Positions 48,131-61,144 are shown, numbered from the whole stretch's first letter. The stretch is DNA of 63,991 nt, filler included, from Neolecta irregularis DAH-3 (GCA_001929475.1; 9 parts of 9 records of this genome joined end to end with filler, not necessarily neighbours in it), one strand, 5' to 3'. A program made the numbers and translations. Notes: generated by a model from the letters alone, not told the origin.

Positions 48131-48766
48131 ATGACTTCAACCAACCATTCATCGCTGCCCCGTCACCTCACAAAGGCAGCCATCCACCAGGAAGACGCCT
48201 CGGAGCTCTCATTTGGACTAGGTATATCTCATACTATACTGTTCTGTGGTATCGACGCAGTAGAATTCGAGAATTCAACATGCTTGACGTTGAGTGAAGC
48301 TAAAGTTATCCTGGAAGAAGTATTAAAAACAAGAAGGAAGGACCAAGGTAGAAGTGCCGACGGAGATGATGTGCCGATGACTGAGTATAAACCATGCTGG
48401 ATTTGCTAGATGGAAGGGCTAACTCTTTTGTCCAGTGTTACGAAAAAAACAAAAGATTATCTTGACCAGTTTGCTAGGTTCAAGACAAGCGAGACAGTCG
48501 CTGCTTGCGAAAAGTACCACTTTCTACAGGGACCGTGCTCAAATCCATAGTATTATTCGAAATCCTCAGCACGAGTTACACAGTTTCGAGCAAGCTCAGT
48601 TGGGTTCTCTTTGCCCTGAAGAATCGGACGAAGCAAAGACCCTTATTCCAAGGTACCTCTTTATGACAGGTCATTCTGACCCTGTAGCCTTGGTGCAAAG
48701 GTTACAGATGAATCTCTAGATGCTCTTTTGGACAATCTTACTAGTCTTCGGCGGTTCCAAGTTTGA
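48131..48766 (+). CDS. rpb4: RNA polymerase II subunit Rpb4, multi-exon
   Basis: EDASELSFG.EF....CLTLSEA, KTKDYL..FARF, LHSFEQAQLGSLCPEESDEAKTLIP, LRRFQ. Confidence 0.93.
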
Positions 48767-50231
48767 TAAAAAGAAGGATAGACAGGGATTGCATCGCCCA
48801 TCATATATTACACTGTGCATTGTGGTCAGGCAGGTATGGATTGTTTCTCGGAGCCTGTTAGATGACTGGCGGACACACGGATCGTTTGCATCGAACACTG
48901 ATTAAGCAACTTCGATCGATGAGTATGATATTTCTTTAATACAACTTGGTAATGACTTATTTCCTTTTCTGCGTGACGAAATATCTCGAAGCAACTACCA
49001 TAACTCTAGAGTTTCAAATATGTTTGAAAAGCCACTCTCATCACAAACTTCATTGGTCTCCTCTGAAGCTGTTCAAATCTTGTGGTGTTCAAAGCTTTGT
49101 CCGCCCTCTGACTTTATCTTATTTCGTTACTTACAACCATAGCAATAGTTGTGAATTTGGAAATTTCCATAACCAATGTTTTGACCCGCCACATGTGTAG
49201 TCCTCTTCTTGGCGAATCCATTTGCTGGAATCCATGCAAACCTTTGGACATCCGTTCACTGTTTCTCCCCTGATTAACGTTTCGTGGTATCAATTGGGGT
49301 TGATTGTTGTGCGACACAGCACGAGATCCTATTTATTGCATAATAACCATCGTTAATGCAGGTCTTACAGCCGGAACCAAACGTGATTGTGTTCACTGGC
49401 AATCTGAGGCAGTTACCATGCTTCATTGTGATCGGATTTAACGGGCTCCAATCCCTGAATGTTTTCTGTCGTTTCCTCGTTTATTGGGTTTACGAAGTAC
49501 TATCAGTCCACCACATCGTATCGAATAGACAGGTTCATAGAAGGTGCGGATTGCTCTAGCTCGACAAATCTGAAAAGCAGTTGTGCTCATTAAAGATTCA
49601 AAAAAGGGTAAAACAGAGGTTGTTTGATATGTGCGTTTCAATTAGGCTGCAGTATTTGGAGATTCAGGATAATGACTCCTGTTTACCCTAGAAATATTTG
49701 ATTGAAGATGTCCTCCTGTGTAAGTGATCGCCCGAAGTACGAATAAGACCCGGTATATTCTGACCTAAGTAATTGGACTTGGTTAAGTACGCGTAAGCAC
49801 ACTAGTTTATATACCTGCCAATCCGGTAACATCTACCACGTGTCTGGTAAGAACTTATGTTCTTACATCCTGTCTGGGTAAGTACGGTAATTAGACGCCC
49901 AAAGGAGCTCTATACTCAATATGGCAAAAGATATCATTCGGAATAATGATTAATTGATGAACTATAATAACCACGGTGCGGTGGCTTGAGAGTGATGCTC
50001 TAATATTTTGAAATCACTGGCAAACATGAAACCAGAGATGGGTCATTTTCTGTTAACGGGAAAAGAGAAATTAAGATATTTGATAACTCAATCATCTACG
50101 AATAGCCCAGTATTAAATTTGCAAAGTACTATGTGTGCTATTAGAGTGTTTTCTATATTTTTCGCTTGGTTGTATCATGTAATATCGGTTTGGCATGCGC
50201 GATTCGTCATCTTCTATTCGCTTTCAACACC

Positions 50232-53200
50232 ATGTCTGCCATTTCTTCCAGACTGCCATTTTTGCTACGGTCGCTGCCTCACCGTCCTAATTTACTACGT
50301 CATAGACTCAGGCTACCTCTTATTCCTGTTATCTCGGCAAATCAGAGTTTCCATCTGTCTGTACGGAGGCGGAGGGAAGAACAGGAGGATCCCCCGCTCG
50401 AAGAGGAAGTAGAGGGGTCAGAGAAAAAAGAGAAGTCTCGTAGAGCCAGAGTTTCCGCTTCATCTAATATCGGAAAGAAGGATGGGTCGTCAGGATCATC
50501 TGAAAATGCTGTGCAAAAGCCTTTGGTCCCCGAAGTTTACCCTCAAGTCCTCGCTTTGCCAATCGCTCGTCGGCCTCTTTTTCCTGGATTTTACAGTATG
50601 TACAAATATGCAATCAATTCTAAAATATTATAGAAGCCGTAGTTATAAAGAGTCCGCCTGTTATCGCCGCTGTCAAAGAGCTCATGAAACGAGGCCAACC
50701 ATACATTGGCGCTTTCCTGCTAAAAGATGAAGATTCCGATACAGATCTCATTATTGACATTGATCAAGTCTATTCGACAGGTGTATTTGCCCAAATAACT
50801 AGCATCTTCCCAGTTAAAGACTCGATCGACGAGGAGCAAGGACTTACAGCCGTTTTATATCCTCACCGACGTATACGGATAAATGAACTGATCACACCGG
50901 CTGAACGAATGGACAAAGTTTCCGAGAAAGTTCACACGGTGACACCATTACCAAGTAACGATGTAACTTCTTTTGAAGAAGTCCTTGAAGGTGAATTCAT
51001 GCGCCTGAATTTTCGAGATAATTATCATAGATCCTCTTGAAACAGAATCACCTCTTCCATACGCCAATACCCTTCTTCAATCACACCCCGTTTCCCTCGT
51101 CAATGTCACCAATCTGGTCGACAGGAAACACGATCGCCAAAATAGCATAATTAAGGCCGTTACCGCCGAACTTGTTTCCGTCTTCAAAGATATTGCCGCT
51201 GTGAACCCGTTGTTTCGAGACCAGATCGCGAATTTTAGCATGTCACATTCCGCTTCGAATATGTTTGAAGAACCTGCTAGACTGGCCGACTTTGCAGCAG
51301 CGGTATCTTCTGGAGAAATAAACGAGTTACAAGCCGTTTTAGAAAGCCTAGACGTTGAGGAACGACTGCAAAAAGCACTGCTTGTTTTGAAGAAAGAATT
51401 GTTGAATGCCCAGCTGCAAAGCAAGATCTCCAAAGACGTGGAGAGTAAGATCCAGAAGCGGCAGAAAGAATTTTATTTGATGGAACAAATGAAAGGAATC
51501 AAAAGAGAGTTGGGAATCGAAGGAGATGGCAAAGATAAAATGATTGAAAAATTCAAGCTTAGAGTAGCCGAACTGAAAATGCCTGAAACTGTGTCTAAGG
51601 TTTTCAACGAGGTATTGATTCCTTGTAGAATTGTTTCAACTGATCACTACAGGAAATATCCAAATTGGCTCATCTTGAACCTGCTGCGTCAGAATTCAAT
51701 GTCACTCGTAACTACCTCGATTGGCTCACTCAGATCCCGTGGGGTCAAAGGTCACCCGAGAATTTCAATATCGCTCACGCGATGAAAGTACTAGATGAAG
51801 ATCACCACGGCTTAAATGACGTCAAAGACCGGATATTAGAATTCATTGCTGTTGGTAAGCTGCGAGGAACAGTCGAAGGCAAGATTTTGTGTTTGGTGGG
51901 CCCTCCAGGAGTTGGAAAGACTTCAATCGGAAAGAGTATCGCGAGAGCGTTGGGAAGACAATTCTATCGCTTTAGCGTGGGTGGTTTGAACGACGTTGCA
52001 GAAATCAAGGGACACAGAAGGACATGTTCGTGATCACTTGGAATGCAAAAGATAGTAACAATATAGATGTTGGTGCGATGCCTGGAAAGATGGCCCAAGC
52101 TTTGAAAAAAGTTCAGACAGAGAACCCTCTGTTACTCATTGATGAAGGTATTTCGACAAAATAAGGTATAAATTGATATATACAGTCGACAAAATTGGCA
52201 AAGGACATCAAGGCGATCCATCATCTGCTCTTCTCGAACTTCTTGATCCTGAACAAAACTCTTCATTCTTAGATCATTACATGGACGTGCCGCTCGATCT
52301 CTCCACGGTTCTTTTTGTATGTACTGCAAATATCACAGATACGATACCTGCACCCTTAATGGATCGGATGGAAGTCATACATTTGTCCGGATATGTAGCT
52401 GATGAGAAAATGGCAATTGCTCAAAAATATCTTGCGCCTAAAGCGAAGGAAGAAGCTGGATTGAAAGACGCCGATGTCCAGCTTACTGATCAGGCTATCG
52501 AGTCATTGATTAAAAGCTACTGCCGAGAAAGTGGTGTTCGGTACGGGTTTCCATTGTTGAAACTAGACTTATTATCAGAAATCTTCAAAAACAAATTGAA
52601 AAGGTGTATCGGAAGGCTGCTCTGAAAATCGTTCGAGATCTCGGCGAAGAAAATATCTCAGAATCAGAAGGCTTGACGCCAAATGGGAAGGATGCATCTA
52701 AAGAAGAACCAAAAACCGACGAACATACAACTACAACGAGTCCACGAGTCGCTCTTAAAGTTCCTTCTTCTGTATCTGTCGAGATCAGTCCAGGGAACTT
52801 GAAAGATTATGTTGGACCGCCCGTATTTACATCTGATCGGTTGTACGAAGTTACTCCACCCGGTATCGCTATGGGACTGGCCTGGACAAGTATGGGCGGT
52901 GCTTCGCTATACGTTGAATCAATATTGGAGTCTTTGTTAACGTCATCCTCCAAGGCGGGACTACAACGTACCGGTCATCTTGGTGACGTGATGAAAGAAA
53001 GTACTACGATTGCTTATACCTACGCAAAAGCCTTCATGCATAAGACCTTTCCAGAGAATCGCTTTTTTGAGCATGCAAAGTTGCATTTACATTGTCCCGA
53101 GGGCGCTGTGCCAAAGGATGGTCCATCTGCTGGAATCACAATGACTACAAGTTTGTTGAGTTTGGCTTTGGATCATCCAGTTGAGGCCACTGTTGCAATG

Positions 53201-53531
53201 ACGGGAGAATTAACTCTGACGGGGAAAGTGCTTAAAATTGGTATAAAGTTTCTTTTTCCCGCGATAATTAACTATGCTAGGTGGTCTAAGGGAAAAAGCT
53301 GTTGCCGCAAAACGTAGTGGAATAACAACAATCATCTTCCCCAAAGGCAACGAATCCGACTGGGAAGAACTCCCTGCGAACATCAAAGATGGACTTACTG
53401 GAATATCGGCAGATTGGTACTCGGACGTCTTCAAAGTGATATTCGCAAGCGTGGATGAAAAGAAAGCAAAACATTTATGGAAAGAACAGCTCAAAAAACC
53501 AAGGAAAAACAATAGTGACAATGATGACTAG
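50232..53531 (+). CDS. lon1: Mitochondrial Lon protease, multi-exon
   Basis: Presequence, [12 protein letters not shown], Walker [25 protein letters not shown], catalytic PKDGPSAG and GGLREK. Confidence 0.96.
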
Positions 53532-54873
53532 ACTTGGGAATCTTGGGGATGAACAATGTTGAGCCGTGTTTACGTTGCATGATGGGATACGGGGTGTCTT
53601 TATTTGTACAATTTTCCTGGCATAGATTTCTCTCCACTCTATAAAGTTCGGTCTTCAAAAATCTGCATAGTCTTTCTTTCTCATTAATGTTCTAATTAAC
53701 TTCAATAGCCATAGCACTGCATGGTCTTGGTCTTTTCACGACAATTGATATTGAAGTCTTGGTTATTTCGTGTTTTCGGGCCGTGAACGAGGCGAATTTG
53801 ACATTATCACCTGTTGATTCAGATGACGCTCAGCATCTCAAGATTTTAATAAAAGATCTTGGGGTCATAAATTGCAAGAAACAGAAATGGATAATGCAAG
53901 ATAAAAATAAAAGTAAGCAGTAGTTCACTCCAAGACTCCAAACGCGATTGCGGCTATCATAGTTTTTTTCACAGGTTTCTTTTCGCATTTTCATGCTAGA
54001 ACCACGGGCCGAGAAAGCAACTGCATGATATATGAAAAGCCCTCGTTCCTGATCAAACCCAGGCTAGAAGGTGGTGAGACACTTGCTCTATCCCGGAAAA
54101 ATGAGGCATTTTATAACGGCTAGCAACCTACTGCGACGGTGGTGTCAAGTATTTTTCGGAGTTCACAGTGAGACTCCATGGGGTAACTTACGAAAAGCTG
54201 GAATGAGGCTACTGGTTGCATTAAGAAGAAATTCGATAGTGCTGAGAGAATTTGAGGGAAACTAGGTTACAAAAGGTTTACGGGCGAGGCGGATGAGGGT
54301 GAGACAGGCAGGTGAGTCAATATTTCCCTTGGGTTGTCCTGCTGTGTCTTTGAATGGACAAGGATGCCGGGTTTTGCTTTGATCTGTGGCGTAAGCAGGG
54401 ATCTGGTCTGGTGAGGCCTCGTGATGCCTGTAGTCAAAGTCTGCACAAAATGGAGTTGTCTCTGGGGCGCGGACCAGGGCGGGGGTTGGTATATTCTGTT
54501 CCTCTCAAAGAAGAGGGGTATCACAACAATAAATTGCCGCAGACAAATAATGTTTGCAATGAGTGCCAAATTGCAAACATTATTTTGTTGACTTCCTCAC
54601 CATCCATTTTTCCAATTTTAAGTGTTGGGATGAATTGGGGTTTTGGGATGGATAGCGATGATGGGTGGACTCATGGAATATTATATTTTGTATTTTGAAA
54701 AAGTGGTCTGGGCCTGTTTTTGATTTCATGAAAATCGAGGTGATTTTGTAAACGAAAGTTGCTATTTTGTGGTTTCAAGACACATCAAATCCGAATTTCA
54801 TGAAATTCAGGCTAAAAAAGTGACTGCAAAACACGCCAAGTCTGTTGTTCACGTGAACATCAAGCCTTTGTAA

Positions 54874-54973
54874 NNNNNNNNNNNNNNNNNNNNNNNNNNN
54901 NNNNNNNNNNNNNNNNNTTAATTAATTAANNNNNNNNNNNNNNNNNNNNNNNNNNNNNNNNNNNNNNNNNNNN
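54874..54973. other. Artificial contig linker
   Basis: N-TTAATTAATTAA-N. Confidence 0.97.
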
Positions 54974-55122
54974 AAACAATAAATTCTGTGTATAATTTTT
55001 ATCCACTTGGCTATGTCAATTTGAATTCTTTTGCTCTTGTAACATGTAACGTGGTATAGTGCATAGTTGGCACAATAGAATAATAAAATTTCTACGAGTC
55101 GGTTTCTTACAACGACATCACA

Positions 55123-55905
55123 ATGCTCGAAAGGATTTATATTTGTCGTGTAAAACTGCATAGTCTTTTGAATAAGCCACCTGATATGTTAGCACGGGTT
55201 TCGTGCATCATGGGAAAATGATGCTCTCTCAAGAACTGGGATTATAGGGGACCCTCAATTGTCATTCTACGGAGTCGCTCAAGCAAACCAAGTTTGTCTC
55301 AATCATGTCAAGGCTTCTTATTCAAACAGCTTGCGGAGCACTTGGATAAATATAGAATTGACAGAATCTACTCATCGCCATTCTTCCGATGCGTGCAAAC
55401 GATAAATTATCTCGCTGATCGGAAAAATCTAGAAATCTGTATTGAAAATGGGATTTCTGAATGGTATATTACCTCACAAGACGAGCATCCTTCTCCACCA
55501 AAAGCAAAAACACTGAAGACCTTTTTTCCTCGGATAAAAGAAAATTACCAACCAACGCTGATTCCGGCGTTGAACGGCGAAAGCATGCTCCAACTTCATC
55601 GGCGAGCGGAGATCGTAGTCAAAAAGCTCATACAACAGATAGATGAAGAGGGAGACATTAATTCAATCGTTCTCTGTACTCATGCTGCTACAAATATTTC
55701 TCTGGGAAGGGCTTTGACTGCGATCAGTGATCTAGAGGTTCGAACTGGATGTGCTAGCTTGGGAGTTTATGAACGACAAGGTGACACAGACCTCTGGGAC
55801 TGCGTCAGAAATGGCGATTGTGACTTCTTGATGAATGGAGAAGAAAGAAACTGGTGGTTTGATGAAGATGGTGCTGTGCATAAAGTAGGCAAGCCAAAGA
55901 TCTAG
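55123..55905 (+). CDS. Histidine phosphatase (phosphoglycerate mutase-like; resembles the TFIIIC tau55 N-terminal domain)
   Basis: Spliced MLERIYICR|HGFR (RHG motif), IYSSPFFRCVQT, ENGISEWY, LCTHAA, NGDC.FL..GEERNW.F. Confidence 0.85.
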
Positions 55906-56014
55906 AAAGTCCCAAGTCCCAAGCTGTGTACCAACTACAGCTGGGTAATTGAATCTGCAGAATCGAACATAATCTGTTTCCAGTCGAGTCGAGGAAGATG
56001 GCCTCGGTTGATTT

Positions 56015-56114
56015 NNNNNNNNNNNNNNNNNNNNNNNNNNNNNNNNNNNNNNNNNNNNTTAATTAATTAANNNNNNNNNNNNNNNNNNNNNNNNNNNNNN
56101 NNNNNNNNNNNNNN
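56015..56114. other. Artificial contig linker
   Basis: N-TTAATTAATTAA-N. Confidence 0.97.
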
Positions 56115-56242
56115 CTCGTTCGTGTATCAATCGTTCGTCGTCGAATCGTTCACCGTCGCATCGTGCATCGTGCATCGTTCGTCGTCGCATCTTTCACCGT
56201 CGCATCGTGCATCGTGCATCGTTCGTCGTCGTCGTCGTCGTA
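56115..56242 (+). repeat. (TCG)n/GCATC low-complexity repeat upstream of tra1
   Basis: Duplicated caccgtcgcatcgtgcatcgtgcatcgttcgtcgtcg unit. Confidence 0.8.
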
Positions 56243-56244
56243 TC

Positions 56245-57129
56245 ATGGCCGCCCTGATTGCCCTCCGCGACAGTTCAGACCACAAGCAAAAGACCGCCGC
56301 CGCCGCAGAGCTGCGCGATAACCTCGACGCCCTCATAACCCCAGACGCCTTCCAGCCCCTCGTCGATTGTCTCGAGTCCCTCCTGCTCCACACTCCCCCC
56401 GTCTTTGTCAATGTTTCCCCCCAGCAGGCACGGCTCTGCGCACCATACGCTGACCTCCAGAAGCTGCGCTACACCCTGCTCGAAATCATACACCGCCTTC
56501 CCCTCACAGACGTCCTCAAGCCCCACGTCAAACAGATCCTGCAGCTCATGAACAAAGTCATCCGCACAGACAACGAGGACAACGCAATGCTGTGCCTCAA
56601 GGTCATCATCGATCTCCACAAACACTTCAAGTCCCTCGTCGAAGACCAGGTCCAGCCCTTCCTCGACCTGGTCCAGGATATATACAGAAACATGCCCCAA
56701 ACAGTCCGCGAGTCATTCGATCCTCTTGCTGTACCCTTTTTCTCTTCCCCCGCTGAAATCCAGGCCCCCAATCCTCCCTCTTTCCAATCCCCAAAAGCAA
56801 CTTCCCCAAACCCCACAGGCGACTCTGCAGAGGTCGCCCTGCGAAACCTCTCCAGGGGCATGGCGAGCTTCAAAACTCTCACAGAATGCCCCATCATCGT
56901 CGTCCTGCTCTTCCAAAACTACAGACAATGTGTCGCCAAAAATCTGCTGGCCTTCACCCTTCTCATCATCGAGGTTGTCCCCGTTCGTCTACATACTCAC
57001 GACATAGATGCTCAAGCTGCAACCATCCCCCCAGGCTGACGCTCACACCGCTGCTGAAGCTACCGGAGACATCCACATCGGCGTCGCTCCTTCCATCAGA
57101 AACAAGCAGCTCTTTGGGGAGTTTATCGT
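56245..57129 (+). CDS. tra1: Tra1/TRRAP N-terminal part, truncated by the linker
   Basis: ELRDNLD, KLRYTLLEIIHRLP, DNEDNAMLCLKVIIDLHK, VQPFLDLV, SFKTLTECPIIVVLLFQ. Confidence 0.92.
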
Positions 57130-57229
57130 NNNNNNNNNNNNNNNNNNNNNNNNNNNNNNNNNNNNNNNNNNNNTTAATTAATTAANNNNNNNNNNNNNNN
57201 NNNNNNNNNNNNNNNNNNNNNNNNNNNNN
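57130..57229. other. Artificial contig linker
   Basis: N-TTAATTAATTAA-N. Confidence 0.97.
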
Positions 57230-57246
57230 CCCGCCCGCCCGCCGCC

Positions 57247-59333
57247 ATGAACAACGATGCCCAGCTCTATCCAATTGCGGTGCTGATCGATGAGCTAAAG
57301 GTAACCCCCAGACCCGCAGCCATGGAGCACTGACCCGCCAGCACGAAGACCTGACGCTGCGACTCAATGCCATCCACAAGCTCAGCACAATAGCGCTCGC
57401 CCTGGGCCCCGAACGCGCGCGCAACGAGCTAATCGCATTTCTCGACGGTACTTCTCGAATGGCAAACCTCCAAACGGAGATGCTGATCGTCTGCAGAGTC
57501 CATTGACGACGAGGATGAACTGCTCATGGCTCTCGCAGAGGAGCTCGGCAACTTTGTCCCCTACGTCGGCGGCCCTGAATATGCCCACGTCCTGCTTTCG
57601 CCTCTCGACAATCTTGCTGCAGTTGAAGAACCGCTAGTCAGAGACAAAGCACGCATCTGCTCTGCTAGTGCGCTGACTTTGAACCACAGGCAGTCGAAAG
57701 TCTCAACAGGATCTGCGAGGTGCTCGTCAAAGAACAGGTCGAGACCTACTTCCTTCCGCTCGTCAGACGCCTGACTGCCGGCGACTGGTTTACTTCAAGA
57801 ACCAGTGCAACCGGCCTATATCACGTCGCATACGGCAAGATCCAGGGGTCGCCTAGCCAGGCAGTAATGAGATCGTTATTCAAGGGCCTATGTCAGGATG
57901 ATACGCCCATGGTCCGAAGAGCAGCAACTACAAATCTGGCTGTATCTGCGCTCTGAAAACTACAACAGGACTGACCATCATCAGATATTCGTAAAGAAAA
58001 TCCCCCGTGAAGTCATTATCGACGAAATCACCCCTCTATTTCATTCCCTAGCCCAAGATGACCAGGATTCCGTTCGTTTGTTGACCGTCGAAGTCCTCAT
58101 TTCAATCGCCAGTCAGCTATCCCCAACGGACAATCAAAGTCACCTCCTTGCAACGCTTCGAAACCTTTTGTCAGATAAATCATGGAGAGTCAGATATATG
58201 GTCGCGGATCGTTTCGTAAAAGTACAATTTCCGTCAATCCGCTGGAGCTGATTCATAGATTGCTGAAGCGGTTGGCCCAGAGATTGTTAAAAGCGAGATG
58301 GTCAACGCATTCATCCGTCTGCTCAAAGATTCAGAAGCAGAGGTTCGAACTTCCATCGCTGGTCAAATTCCTGGATTTTGCAAGTTGATTGATCGGGACA
58401 TCCTGTTGAGAGACATCATGCCGCCCGTAAAATCTCTTATCAATGATGTTTCGCAACACGTTCGTGCCGCACTGGCGAAAGAAATCAGTGCGTTGTCACC
58501 TGTCGTTGGAAAAGACAAGTATGTTTCACCCCACTAGACTATTTGCTCATGCTTCAGCACCATCGAGCATTTATTACCAATGTTTCTTCAACTCCTTAAG
58601 GATGACTTTCCCGACGTTCGACTTAATATCATCTCGAAACTGGAGCAAGTCAATAATGGTAATTTACCCCATTCCCACTTTTTTGATTTCTCAGTAATCG
58701 GCATTGACCGCCTTTCTCAATCTCTTTTACCAGCAATAGTCCAACTTGCAGAAGATAAACAATGGCGAGTTCGGCTCGCAATTATAGAATACATACCTCT
58801 CCTAGCCTCTCAACTCGGTGTGGAGTTCTTTGACGAAAAGCTTGGAAACCTTTGCATGTCGTGGCTCGGTGATATCGTCTTTAGTATCCGTGAAGCAGCG
58901 ACTATCAACCTTCGAAAATTAACCGAAGTATTCGGCGTGGAATGGGCCAAGAACACAATTATTCCAAAAGTCCTGGCAATGGGAAGTCACCCAAATTATT
59001 TATATCGAATGACTACAATATTTGCAATCACAGTATAAACCCATCTTCAAAATTGACTCTAACCATCAGATCCTCGCCCCAGCAGTCAACGTTGAAGTAA
59101 TCAGAAACTACATCCTACCCATAGTAAACCAACTAGTCTCCGATCCCATTCCCAATATCCGTTTCAATGTTGCGAAAAGTTACGAAGTCCTCGGCCAAAC
59201 GCTCGAAATGTCACTGGAAGGGAAGGAGTTATTGGAAGCTCAGGTCAAACCTGCTTTGGACAAACTGGCGGGAGACCAAGATGCAGATGTAAAATATTTC
59301 GCCGAGAAGGCTAGGAATTTGATCTTTGGATAG
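57247..59333 (+). CDS. paa1: Protein phosphatase 2A scaffold (A) subunit, multi-exon
   Basis: [76 protein letters not shown] repeats. Confidence 0.97.
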
Positions 59334-59831
59334 ATCTGAATTTGAGGAACGTGTACATGCATTGCAAAACTCAAACGAGTCGCTTGCAGTTCTTGATTTC
59401 ATACTTCAAAATATGAAATCTGGTTTGATTTCCCTGCAGATTATGACATAGCAGCACACAATGAGAGCCCATATATCTGCCACCAATATTTGAGCGTGAT
59501 TATAAAAGTTCACTACTAATAGGAACATTTACATGGACGAAATGCCGGTTCGATTCTCAATCCCATATTCATCTCTAAAGCAAGGAAGCTCCTTCACAAG
59601 GTTTTCAATGAATGGATATCGCAGACCCATTTGCTAATTTGAGAAAGTTCACAAATAATCCATTGTATCTCTTGGAATTAGCAATGGTAGTGAATCCTAG
59701 ATCACACCTTGCATAAGACTGACCCAGCTTGCTGCAGGCATTCCACCTGTTCTTTCCTTCCAGGCAGTTGTTAGGGCAACCATGGTTCTTACAGCATGGG
59801 AATGGGCTCTGTTGAGTCACTTCTAAATATT

Positions 59832-59931
59832 NNNNNNNNNNNNNNNNNNNNNNNNNNNNNNNNNNNNNNNNNNNNTTAATTAATTAANNNNNNNNNNNNN
59901 NNNNNNNNNNNNNNNNNNNNNNNNNNNNNNN
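59832..59931. other. Artificial contig linker
   Basis: N-TTAATTAATTAA-N. Confidence 0.97.
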
Positions 59932-60705
59932 TTTTCTTCATAACTAGCATTTATTTCCTTTATCTTAGTATCACTTAGGTTTTCCACCTCATAGAGGTCA
60001 TATAATGGCCTCATAACTTGAGAAAATTCTTGAACCTAGACCCTGTAATACGTACAGAGTCCAATGAAACTGCGTACAGTCTTGACATCCAGATAGGGTG
60101 CCCAAGCTGTGATCTTGTCCAATTTCTTAGGCATTGGACTTCGACCATGTTTACCTACTTGATATCCGAGAAAATTAACCATATCTTGTCCAAACTGTGA
60201 CTTGTTGACCCTTATCGTGAGATTAGCCTTTTTCAATTCCAATAAAACATTGGCAACCATCTGGATATGTTGGATGACATATCAATGGACTCCATGATCT
60301 AATGTTTCATCAATCACCAAAGGTGATTTAATAGAGATGTCATCAATAAATACCTTGCAGGTGTTTGGAATCAGGTCCAACATGACTTTGGACATATAGT
60401 GTTGAAAGTCTGCTACTGAGTTAGTACAGCCTTGTAGGAGTCGAGTTTAGGAAAGAAGTCAGATGGGAGTCTGAATAGTGGTAAGGTCTCTATAGGCAGA
60501 ATCGATTTCTTTCTGCCCATATCCATCCTTTATGTCTACAAGAGTGATAATTGGGCATGCCAGCAAATTCGTCTGAAATAAGGTCCACCAAGGGGGGTTG
60601 AAAGGCATCCTTGATAGTTACTTTGTTCAGAGGCTGGCAGTCTATTATCAATCTATATTTCCCTTTTTCCTTCTTTTCTACGAGAAATGCCCAACAGCAA
60701 ATCAT
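59932..60705 (-). mobile_element. Decayed Ty3/Gypsy reverse transcriptase relic
   Basis: KYRLIIDCQPLNKVT, QGCTNSV, VFIDD, VNFLGYQV, VRSFIGLCTYYR, interrupted by frameshifts and stops. Confidence 0.9.
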
Positions 60706-60848
60706 AAGACGTGTCTGCCATTACCACCCTGTGGACAGGTATCATGAAGCCACCAGTCTGCACCAGTATGTGAGTGCTGTAAGACACCAACTATGTCTGG
60801 GCCTATATTATCCTTAGGTGTGTCTAAGGGAACCCAGTAGTAGCGTAG

Positions 60849-61144
60849 TGTAAGCATACATGCTTACTACATTCCTCTCTACTGCTTTATTCTATCTTGT
60901 TCTATCTGTTGTCCTGCTGTTCCTTATCTCCCTTGTTCTCTCTGCTACCCTGTTGTTCTTTTTCCTTTACAAAGGGGGGAGGAGTGTAAGCATATATGCT
61001 TACTACCTTTCTATCTATTGTACTATGTTCTCTTACTGTTGTATCTGCTATGGTGGTTCATGTCCTTATGGTAATTATGGGCTATTGTTACTATATAGTT
61101 CCTGTACTAGCTTTGGCTAACCTCCACCTTGTACCTACTTCTGT
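60849..61144 (+). mobile_element. Tandem LTR-like segments separated by a polypurine tract
   Basis: TGTAAG...TTTACA (60849-60971), then AAGGGGGGAGGAG, then a second TGTAAGCATA.ATGCTTACTAC start at 60985. Confidence 0.65.
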
